Part shown: in pieces, positions 12,601-24,600 of the stretch
Position numbering within the stretch: the first letter of the stretch is position 1
Layout: each line of letters begins with the position of its first letter
From: Felis catus
Taxonomy: Eukaryota
Direction: 5' to 3'
DNA length: 64,000 nucleotides
Assembly (NCBI RefSeq): GCF_018350175.1
Contig: NC_058373.1
Span: 102,116,001 to 102,180,000 of the forward strand
Notes under the pieces: model-generated
Told to the model about the DNA's origin: nothing
What the model saw: the letters and a program-made list of their open reading frames with translations, nothing else
Database searches by the model: none
Made by a program: the position numbers and the translations under genes

Positions 12601-15600
12601 TTTTTCCTCTAAATTTCTGTTAAGTCTAGGGGCGCCTGGGTAGCTCAGTTGGTTGAGTGTCCAACTTTGGCTTAGGTCATGATCTCATGGCTCATGGGTC
12701 AAGTCCCATGTTGGACTCCCTAGTGTGTCAGCACAGAGCCCGCTTCAGGTCCTCTGTCCTCTCTCTCTCTGCCCCTCCCCAACTCATGCGCTCTCTCTCC
12801 CTCTCTCTCAAAAATAAACAAACATTAAAAAAATGTATATTTAAGTGTCTTTTAAGTCTATATTGTGTCACATTTGGAATTGAATACATTTTGTATAATC
12901 CATATTAAGACTGACACACATATTAAATATAACACATCCCTAAGAAAAACAGGGACTATCGTTCAAAACCACAGGTATTCAGAAGATAAGTCTTAGCCCA
13001 AGCATGAACTAGTGCTGCTTTCAACTGTTTTCACAAAGATCTGTTTCAATCTTTAATGTTTCCAAGTCTGAGGAGGGTCATCTGGTGGTTTGGAAAGATT
13101 TCTCTGTATAAAAATGTACTTAAAAACATGTTAAGTATCACTGGAAAGAGTTTACCTTGAAGGGGTTTACTCGTCCTTGGTTGCTAGAGATAACTGCACC
13201 TTTCATAAGAAAGAAACCCTCACTTAATAGTGGTAAAACATAGAAGACTTCTGACCTCTGTAATAATAGGTCATTTTAATCTGTATTATATAAAAACAAA
13301 TGTGCTTTGCAACTTTAGAATTAACAACTCTATATGACCTCCTATCTATTTTCCAAGACAAAATAAAAGTAAAAGCTATTAAATGGAAAGTATCCCAACT
13401 TCTCACTATGAAATATATAAACCTGTATAGATCTATCCTTTTCTCCTGTTACCATGGAAGAATGGTGCCTTATTTTAGCTAAGGTTAATAATTCATCTAC
13501 TTGTGCTCTAGATCCTATCCACTCCTGCTTTGTCAAGAAACTTGTCTTATCGACGGCTATTCCATCTTTGGATTTTTCACTCTTCATTGACTACTCAAGT
13601 TTCCTAACAAACAAAAACAAACCCTCTCAATTTCACATCACCTCTAGCCACCATTTATTTCTCCCTCGTCTATACAGTCAAATTCTCAAGAGTTGTCTAC
13701 ATGGTTATTCCCAGTTCCTCACTGCCCCTACATTCCAACATCCACAATTATACAGCTTCCAGCCCTACTACCCTATAGAATTTGTTCTTGCTAAGGACTC
13801 AATAAACTCCATTTGGCCAAATCTGGTGGATAGTTTTCAGTCATCATCTTATTTGACCCCCTCAAAAGCATTCTACGTAGCTAAGTGTTCTTTTCTTCTT
13901 GACACTGTCTCCTCCTTTTGACTTCTGAGATTCCCCATTCCCACCTCGTTCCTCTTTGATCTCATTCTCTTTTGATGGTTCCTCCTCCTCAACCTCCTGG
14001 GCCTAATGTTTAAATGTTGGGGATTCCCTCCCCTAACTGCAATTCTTTGATCTCAAATAAACTCTCATTTGACTCTCAAAAAAAAAAAAAAATGTTGGGG
14101 ATTCCCTAGGCCTAAACTCACTTTTCTTCTCACTTTATATCCTCATCTATGCCCAGGGTTTAAATTGCTATGGTTATGCCAGTAATTTTCACTTTACATC
14201 TCCCTCCCAGACTACTTTTCTAAGCTCCTAACCAAAATATCCAATAGTAATTCATCATCATCATATCAAAATCTGCATTTCCCTAGTGTTTTCTGACTCA
14301 GTAAGTGGTTCCATCATTCACTCATGTATTCAAGCTGGAAACTGAGTCTTTCTTTACACCCTAAACTTCCATACTCTCTACATCTTTTTCAGAAACACCT
14401 CTTCAATTCTTCTCATTCTTTCATTGGTCACCACCACCCTATCCAAGCCGCTATTCAACGTCACTTTTGGAATTCCTCAGTAGTCTCCTTATTTGTATTC
14501 CTCCTCTGCCAGTGTGCCGTGCTATGCCTGCTTAAAGCCTACAACAGCCTCCCAGAGACCTTAGAATAAAGATCAAAAATCTTTACTGTGGCCTACATGG
14601 ATCTGCATTATTTAGCTCTTGCCCATCACTCCCAAACCACTCAGCACCACTTTCTCTCTGTCTGTGCTCTTCACACCACTCTTACAATCTTAGCACATGC
14701 TGTTCCTTAAGTCATACACTTTTCCTCTGCTTCTGCTCTCACCCACTTTTGCCTAGCTGACTCTTAATCATCCTGCAGGTCTCTGCTTTAAACATTTCAT
14801 GAGGCCTCCCTTGGGGTCCCCACCTATCTATCACCACTGACTAGATTAAAGCAAACTATTATATACTCCTCTGTACATGTTTTTACAGGTAAATTTTAAA
14901 AATCAAAGTAATTTATGTACATTGTTTAAAAAGTTGGGGAGTGCCTGGGTGGCTCAGTCGGTTTTAAGTGTCTGACTCTTGATTTTGGCTCAAGTCATGA
15001 TCTTATGGCTCATGGATTCGAACCCCATGTCTGGCTCTGTGCTAATAGCACAGAACCTACCTGGGATTCTCTCTCTCTCTCTGTGCTAACAGCATAGAAC
15101 CTGCCTGGGATTTTCTGTCTCTCTCTCTCTCTCTCTCTCTCCAAAATAAATAAATAAACTTAAAAAAAAAAAAAGTCAGTTGGTACTATATAAGATTTAT
15201 GCAGGAATCAACCATGCATGTCTACTTGACTTTTGGTATCTCCCACCTAGTCAAACATAATAGGCATTTAATAAATATTTGTAAAATGACCAGCTTCACA
15301 AACAAAATTTCTGATAAAAACAAACTTAGGATGGCAGAGTATGTGTGTGGGGTGGTTTAAGTACATATATCACTTTAAAAGACTACTTGAACAATTTTCC
15401 TGATATTACAAAATCACAAATATTTCTTACCTGACTTAACAGCTGGCACATCAGAGGAGTTTGCATTTTTGGAAAATGGATTCTGTCCTATAAAATAATT
15501 AAGATAAAACAATGCAGTGTAAATGGGGAGATAAAGTTCCTCTCTATAATCAACAATCAGCAAAGGTGTCTTGACACAGTACAGGTATTCAGTTTTCCTC

Positions 15601-18600
15601 AGCCAAGCAAAATGAGGAAAGCCACAAAATATTGCATTTCTCATCTTTAAATTGGTTTAAAAATGTATCTTACCATACTTATGTATTTCTGGTTTTTCTT
15701 CTTTATCATCAGCTTCTCCAGTATCCTCTTCATCTTCTTCAACTTGGTTTCTGAGCCTTAGCTGGCTCCACTCTGTAGCAGTATTACTGTAACTAAAAGA
15801 CAATAATATTATTCAATTAAGAGCTATGGAAAGACCAATTAAATTTTCAGAATAGTAAAGAATAATTTAAACAACTGATTATTTCTTACCCAGCATTCAG
15901 CCCTTTTCTGAAATCTTCCTCTTCTTCTTCTTCTACCTGGGTTGCTGCCAATTCTGCTGCCTTTTCCACAGCCAGTTCACTAAGTCTTTGGGCCAATATT
16001 AATCTCCGGGAACGAGAAGCATATTTAATGGCTAAATTCACAGCATTTTGAGTCATTAAATCAGCAAGTTCCACACAACGAAATTCCCGCTCCAGTTTAC
16101 AAGAAAGCTAACCCAAAATGGAAAAAAAAAAAAAAAAAAAAAAAACACATCAAGCAAAACTTTTAAAAAATAAGAGAATGATACTACTAGTATCTGAAAA
16201 AATACTGGTTTTCTAGATAATGTATCTCACTGATTCTAAGATGCATAGTTTTTACTCAGTTTAGCATCTCTGAAAGTAGGAAGCATCTTACAATTTATGG
16301 TGGGTCAGAGTTTGCAGCATTTTTTTGGCTTATATAAATAAAATAATGGTGCATTTTACAATCACTAGTAGCTTAGATTCAATGAAATAAGGCATGTGAT
16401 TTCAAGCTATTAATTACAAAGGAAGTAAGATTTTCCTTTAAAATTCAAATGTGGTTTTCTTAAACTGATTTTGCTGCCCACCCACCCTCATCCTGCCCTC
16501 ATCAAATAGGGTAGCAAATTCAAAGAAGGAATAAATTATAAATGATTAATTAGTTATTATTTTTCCCAGAACTGGCACACAAATACTACAAGTGAATCTG
16601 GGTGGGGGGGGGGGGGAGGAGGGAGGCGGGAGGAGTAGATTTATCCACTCATTTTTAAGTGTGATTGTCTATGATTTCCAATTACCAGAAATAGTTATAC
16701 AACTTACAAATAAACAACTTCCTTTTTCTTGCTGTATTTTAATAAAAATTTCAATAAAAAACAAAGGGCATTCATTAAATATCTTCAACACTTGATTACT
16801 TTTTTTTAAGTTTATTTTTTTTTTAGTTTCATTTTTTGTTTATTTTTTAATTTACATCCAAGTTAGTTAGCATATGGTACAACAATGATTTCAGGAGTAG
16901 ATTCCTTAATGTCCCTTACCTGTTTAGCCCATCCCCCCTCCCACAACCCCTCCAGCAACCTCTGTTTGTTCTCCATATTTAAGAGTCTCTTATGTTTGGG
17001 GCGCCTGGGTGGCTCAGTTGGTTGAGTGTCCGACTTCAGCTCAGGTCATGATCTCGCAGTCTGTGAGTTCGAGCCCTGCATCAGGCTCTGTCCTGACAGC
17101 TCAGAGCCTGGAACCTGCTTTGGATTCTGTGTCTCCCTCTCTCTCTCTGCCCCTCCCCCACTCATGCTCTGTCTGTCTCTCTGTCAAAAATAAACAAACA
17201 TTAAAAAAAATTTAAAAAAAAATAAAGAGTCTCTTATGTTTGGTCCTCCTCTCTGTTTTTATATTATTTTTGCTTCCCTTCCCTTATGTTCATCTGTTTT
17301 GTATCTTAAAGTCCTCATATGAGTGAAGTCATAAGATTTTTGTCTTTCTCTGACTAATTTCCCTTAGCATAATACCCTCTAGTTCCATCCATGTAGTTGC
17401 AAATGGCAAGATTTCATTCTTCTTTATTGCCGAGTAATACTCTATTGTATATATATACTACATCTTCTTTATCCCTTCATCTGTCAATGGACATTTGGGC
17501 TCTTTCCATACTTTGGCCATTGCAGATAGTGCTGCTATAAACATGGGGGTGCATGTGTCCCTTTGAAACAGCACACCTGTATCCCTTGGATAAATACCTA
17601 GCAGTGCAAATGCTGGGTCAGAAGGTAGTTCTATTTTTACTTTTTTGAGGAACCTCCATACTGTTTTCCATAGTGGCTGCACCAGTTTGCATTCCCACCA
17701 GCAGTGCAAAAGAGATCCTCTTTCTCTGCATCGTCGCCAACATCTGTTGTTGCTGGAGTTAATGTTAGCCATTCTGAAACGTGGTATCTCATTGTAGTTT
17801 TGATTTGTATTTCCCTGATGCTGAACATTTTTTCATGTGTCGGTTAGCCATCTGGATGTCTTCTTTGGAGAAGTGTCTATTCATGTCTTTTGCCCTGGGT
17901 TATTTCTTTCTTCACTGGGTTATTTGCCAGTTATATACCCTTTCTTCACTGGGTTATTTATTTTTTGGGTGTTGAGTTTCGTAAGTTCTCTATAGATTTT
18001 GGATACTAACCCTTTACCTAATATGTTGTTTGCAAGTATCTTCTCCCATTCCGTCAGTTGCCTTTTAGTTTTGCTGATTGTTTCCTTTGTTTTGGAGAAG
18101 GTTTTTATTTTGATGAGGTCACAATAGTTCATTTTTGCTTTGGTTACCCTTGTCTCAGGAGACATATTGAGTAAGAAGTTGCTGCGGCCAAGGCCAAAGA
18201 GGTCTTTGCCTGCTTTCTCCTCTAGGATTTTGATGGCTTTCTGTCTTACGTTTAGGTCTTTAATCCATTTTGAGTTTATTTTTGTGTACGGTGTAAGAAA
18301 GTGGTCCAGGTTCGTTTTTCTGCATGTCGCTGTCCAATTTTACCTTGCTGAAGAGACTGTCTTTGTTCCATTGGATATTCTTTCCTGCTTTGTCAAATAT
18401 CAGTTGGCCATACCAACAAACATTTCTGGGTCCATTGCTGGGTTCTCTATTCTATTCCATTGATCTGAGTGTCTGTTTTTGTGCCATTGATTATTTTCCT
18501 TTTGGTATGCATTCTGACAACTCAAAGTGAGGCAACTCAAGTACAATGTAAGGAAAATTAGTACTTCAAAGACTAAGGGTCTCATAATTCATAGAGTAGA

Positions 18601-21600
18601 AGGATTATTTTGTTACTCAGACATCCCACATCTGATGGATCAGCACAGAAGCTTTAGATAGTCACCTGCATGTTCTTTTCAAGTTTTCTACTATCACTAT
18701 TGTATAAACAATACCTCTTAATCAGGGTAGTACTCTGCCTCAGAGGGTTTGGAAATGAAAAGAAGTAGTATGGTTCTCATAGTAACAAGGTTAAACTTCA
18801 GGCATTTGCCAGGGGGACAGGAATGCTAAAGAACTGACCAGTCCTCAAGCTACTGATACCCTACTAATAACACTGTCCCAGAGGAAAAGCTCCTCTAATG
18901 ATAAATGGTAAATAAACCAAACATATTTTCTTACATATGTTGTACAAAGAGAAAAGGTTACTAGTTACACAAATGGCATTTTAACTTTTTTTTTTTAATG
19001 TTTATTTTTGAGACAATGAGAGAGACAGAGTGCAAGCGGTGGAGGGGCAGACACAGGGAGACACAGAATCTGAAGCAGGCTCCAGGCTCTGAGCTGTCAG
19101 CACAGAGCCCAATGCGGGGCTCGAACTCACAAACCATGAGATCATGACCTGAGCCGAAATTGGACACTTAACCGACTGAGCCACTCGGGTGCCCCTACAA
19201 ATGACATTTTATAAAAGAAACAAAACTTACTTTACAATAAACTACATTTCTTTAATACTAAACTCAAGGCAGTGTTGCATAGTGGTGACAGTAGTGAATA
19301 CCACCTCTTGGAAACTGGAGTTATAATTAGCTCTGTGGTCTTAGATACCACTTTTCCCTCAGAATCTTTTTTCCTCAACTTTGAAATGAAAAGTATGGGC
19401 CATTTACTCTCTCAAGAAATACTGAAGTCTATTATGTATTACACACCATATAAGCACCCAGCATACAGTGGTAAAGGAGATGTGATCACTGTCCTTAAAG
19501 GGCTGGTGCAAAATGAACAACGAAATTAGGTTATACTCCTCACCATAAACCAACCTCAAGTGAGGACACGAAACATATGCACTTTATATTTTAACTATAT
19601 TTATATATCAAATATATATATATTTATCTCTAGAGATAAATAGACTTAAAATATCCAGGGCATGAAACCTGGTTACTGGCTATAGACAAACTTTCATCAC
19701 ACGATTGCTTAAGAGATGACAAAAGGCAAGCATATCTATAAGCCTTATCAAACAAAGTTCTTAAGATTACTCAGCCCTGGGGCGCCTAGGTGGCGCAGTT
19801 GGTTAAGCGTCCAACTTCAGCCAGATCACGATCTCATGGTCCGTGAGTTCGAGCCCCGCGTCAGGCTCTGGGCTGATGGCTCGGAGCCTGGAGCCTGTTT
19901 CCGATTCTGTGTCTCCCTCTCTCTCTGCCCCTCCCCCGTTCATGCTCTGTCTCTCTCTGTCCCAAAAATAAATAAACATTGAAAAAAAAAATTAAAAAAA
20001 AAAATAAAAAATAAAAGATTACTCAGCCCTGGAGGTCTAAAAGCCCACACTCAAACTTTATTTTGTTGTAGGAGCTATAGCCAGTTCACAAATTTTATTA
20101 AACATCAGAATACCTGGAGTGCCTGTGAAAACATAGACAAGTGACCAAAAGCAAAAAGGGAGATAGCACCAGAACAGTTTATTTCTGCCTATGATCTTAG
20201 TTATAGGTAATGTTTCAAATATGTTAACTGCAATATCAACTTAGAAACAGAACTTTCAAGGAAGAAAAACACTACTGGATGCAACTTAAGAATTGGAGGT
20301 TGTGCCCTGTTGGTGGGAATGCAAACTGGTGCAGCCACTGTGGAAAATAGTATGAAGGTTCCTCAAAAAATTAAAAACAGAATTGCCATATAATCCAGTA
20401 ATTCCACTATTGGGTATTTACCCAAAGAATAAAAAAGCAATAATTCTATAGAAATTTTCTTTTTTTTAATTTTGAGGATGGGCGGGGCAGATAGAGAGAG
20501 AGAATCCCCACCAGGCTCTGCACTGTCAGCACAGAACCCAGTGCAGGGCTCGATCCCATGAATCATGAGATCATGACCTGAGCTGAAATCAGAAGCCATA
20601 TGCTTAACTGAGTGAGCCACCCAGTTGCCCCCCAAAAGCACTAATTCTAAAAGACATATGCACCCTTATGTTTACTACTGCATTATTTATAATAGCCAAA
20701 TTATGGAAGTAACCCAAGTGTCCATCCATAGATGAATGGATGAACATGTGGAATATATATACACAATGGAGTATTACTCAGCCATAAGAAAGAATGAAAT
20801 CTTATCATTTGTAATAACATGGATGGATCTAGAGAGTATAACGCTAAGTGAAATAAGTCAGTCAGAGAAAGACAAATACCATATGATTTCACTCATATGT
20901 AGAATTTAAGAAACAAAACAAACAGGGGTGCATGGGTGGCTCAGTTGGTTAAGCATCCGACTTCAGCTCAGGTCATGATCTCGCAGTTGGTGAGTTCGAG
21001 CACTGTGTTGGGCTCTCTGCTGTCAGCACACAACCTGCTTCAGATCCTCTATCTCCCTCTCTCTCGGCCCTTCCCCTGCTTGCTCTCTCTCAAAAATAAA
21101 TAAACATTAAAAAAAAAAAAAAAGAAACAAACAGGAAAAAGAGACAAACACACTTTTGGGGCATGTGGGTGGTTCACAGTTGGTTAAGCACCTGACTTTT
21201 GCTCAGGTCATGATCTCACAGTTTTTGAGTTAGACTTCCACATCAGGCTCACTGCTGACAATGCAGAGCCTGCTTGGGATTCTCTCTCTCCCTCTTTCTC
21301 TGCCTCTCCCCACCCCCATTCACATGCATGTGTTCTCTCTTAAAAATAAACATTAAAACAAACAAACAAACGAACAGACTCTTAACTGTAGAGAACAAAC
21401 TGATGGTTACCAGAGGGGCTGTGAGAAGGGAGAAGGGTGAAATAGGTGAAGGGGATTAAAAGCACACTTATCTGCTTATGATCTTAGTTACAAGGTAATG
21501 TTTTAAATATTTTAACTGCAATATCAACTGGGAAACAGAACCGAGTAGAGAACTGTTGAATCATTGTACTATAACCTGAAACTAATATAACACTGTTAAT

Positions 21601-24600
21601 TATATCTAATTTCAAATTTTTTTTTTAATTAAAAAAAAAAGATTTTGAGGTTGTGGAACTTGGTGCTAACTCACATACTTTTAGGAAATACAATCTATAG
21701 AAAAGTGTAACTTTAATTTTTCCAGTATATTTATTTTACTCACCGCAAGCATTTTCATTAAAAGTTCCTGTTGTTCTTTTACTGCTTGATTTTTACTACT
21801 TTCTTCATATTCATAACCATTTTTAGCTAAATAATCAAGGTGATTGTGAAATATAACGGAACGCCAAAATTGTTCCTACAAAAGGGAAAAAACTGCTTAG
21901 AGAAAACTACCAGCTTAATACCAGGCAAGTGTTATTTATCTTAAGATAACAGCTTCTGAATAAAATATTTTTTGAAATATTCTTTCTATAGTTTATTTTA
22001 TAATTCAAATTTTAATGTGATACCAAAGTTTGACTTTATCTTCTATCCTTAAAAAAAAAAAGGGAATATAGTATTTTAAACAGTTTCTTAGCTATCATAG
22101 TTAATGCTCAGAGAACTTGTTAAACTATTTTTTAAGAGACCGATTTGCTTCTTGGTTAGAGAAACTAATTGCAAGGTTTCAAATGACTTGATGGCACAAG
22201 GCTAGGACCATAGTGGGGCAAGCCTGGTGCCTAAGACACAAAATTTATGGAGGGCCACTCTCTCAGGCACTCAGCCCAACTCTGACAGTGAATGCCTTGC
22301 CCTAGTGAGGCCCTGATGATCATACTCATTTATCTCATAGACAAAATCCCTGGAAGTAGTGATGGCAATCAGTTACCCTGGTGGTAATAAGCAGTCCTCC
22401 CTCCCTGCTACAAGTAATTATTTAATTATAAAGTAATGAGTAGTCAACAATGGTCATCAGGGTAATTTTTAAATGTCTACATCATAAGCAATGTATTATC
22501 AAATTCAGAGTGTCAAGGCAAGATTTCCACATACCTCCATTTGTCCTTTCTCTGTTGCAGTCTGACAATAAGGAAGCTTAAAGGATAATATAGCTACAGC
22601 AGGGCGTGGAAGGGTGGGAGGAAACCGAGAACCTTTACAAGGAATGCACCTGTCAGTAAAGAAAAAGTCTCACCACAAAAATTTCCTCCAACATCATAAA
22701 AACTGTTAAAATATAAATTTTCCAAAAGTCAGTAACTTGGAATATTATTCCAATAGCTAGCTTAATAATAAACAATAAATTACTTTTTTTTAAAAAAAAA
22801 GTACTTTAATTTTTTAAAAGTGGCTCAGTTGGTTAAGTGTCCAACCACTGGTTTTGGCTCAGGTCATCATCTCGCAGTTTGGGAGTTCGAGCCCCGCATC
22901 CAGCTCCGCGCTGACAGCACGAAGCTGGCATTCTCTCCTTCTCCCCCCACACTTGTTCTTTCTCAAAATAAAAAAACTTAAAAAGTAAAGTACTTCAGGC
23001 CTGATTAGGTATAAAAATTAATCCCTCCCTGGGGCGCCTGGGTGGCGCAGTCGGTTAAGCGTCCGACTTCAGCCAGGTCACGATCTCGCGGTCCGTGAGT
23101 TCGAGCCCCGCGTCGGGCTCTGGGCTGATGGCTCAGAGCCTGGAGCCTGTTTCTGATTCTGTGTCTCCCTCTCTCTCTGCCCCTCCCCCGTTCATGCTCT
23201 GTCTCTCTCTGTCCCAAAAAAATAAATAAACGTTGAAAAAAAAATTAAAAAAAAAAATCCCTCCCTATGCATTTCAAAAATCCCTCTTTATATCAGCTTT
23301 ATTAAACTATCACTTAAAGTGAAACAGGCCTGGGGCACCGGGGTGATTCAGTGGGTTAAGCATCCAACTCTTGATTCTGGCTCAGGTCATGATCTTGCAG
23401 TTTGTGAGTTTGAGCCCCACACTGGGCTTTGCACTGACAGTGTGAAGCCTGCTTGGGATTCTCTCCTTCTCTCTCTGCCCCTGCCTCACTCTCCCTCTCT
23501 CAAAATAAGTGAATGAACCTTGAAGAAAAAGAAAGTGAAATAGGTTCTCATCAGCTTTTCCTTAGCAAACTGCCCACTTTTAAAATACAGAAGCTGTGCC
23601 ATAAATAGCTGTCATGGGATTCACATTATAAAACAGATCACCCAAGATAAGATACTGATGAAGCATATTCACTTTTGTCAGTCTTTTTACTGCTGGTAAA
23701 AAGTGTCAAACAAGAGAAAAAGATGGTGAAATGTCCAATACAGATGAGTGTCTATTACTAGATATTGGTGAGAGTGAAGCAGAAAGTCCAGTATCATTTA
23801 AAAGGTTATAATATATACCTGCTCTGCTAAATCAAAGGTTGCCTTACATGGTAATAAATAGCTTAGTGGGCAAGAACACTGTCTAAACCTTTTCTGACTA
23901 GGACATGTAAAGTATTTAAAGATGCCCCTCAGCATTAATACTAATGGAATTTATTAATTAAAAAGCATTCATTAATCACAGAATGATATATGCACATAGA
24001 ATACTCTTTTAACTTATGTATTCCAAGTTATTTATAAGGAAGCCACTGGAAAACCATACCTACACACTGTAAGTACCTTAGGCAAACTTTCTAATTTTTA
24101 TAGTCACTTTAAAATACAGTACAATGTCCAGTGCTTACTAATAACCACCCACTTAATTTATAGTACAGCCTTTTAGTCATGGCTTAAAGTCATGCCTTTC
24201 TTAAAGGGAAATACTATGTAGGTTTAAATTTTTTTTCAAAAGTATCTTCTCATATTATCAAATGCCCACTAGAGTAGTTAAAAATTAAATAATGGCAGTA
24301 CACAGGAATCTTTTTCAAACTACCCAGGTCCCCTAGTGAGATTTGAACACACCTTTTTGTTTTTGTGACCATACAATAAAAATACAAACATGTTTTTAGA
24401 GTTCCAGTATTTTTGTTTATTTTATTTTGTTTTTTATTTTTTTTAAGTTTTTATTTATTTTTGAGAAATAGACAGAGCATGAGCTAGGGAGGAACAGAGA
24501 GAGAGGGAGACACAGAATTTGAAGCAAGCTCTAGGCTCAGTCAGCACAGAGCCCGATTAAACTTGTGAACTGTGAGATCATGACCTGAACCAAAGTCGTA

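Noticed and set aside
13454..13921. 155-aa ORF on the + strand
   Set aside because: It lies within a decayed L2 and is most likely a chance or residual frame with no gene structure.
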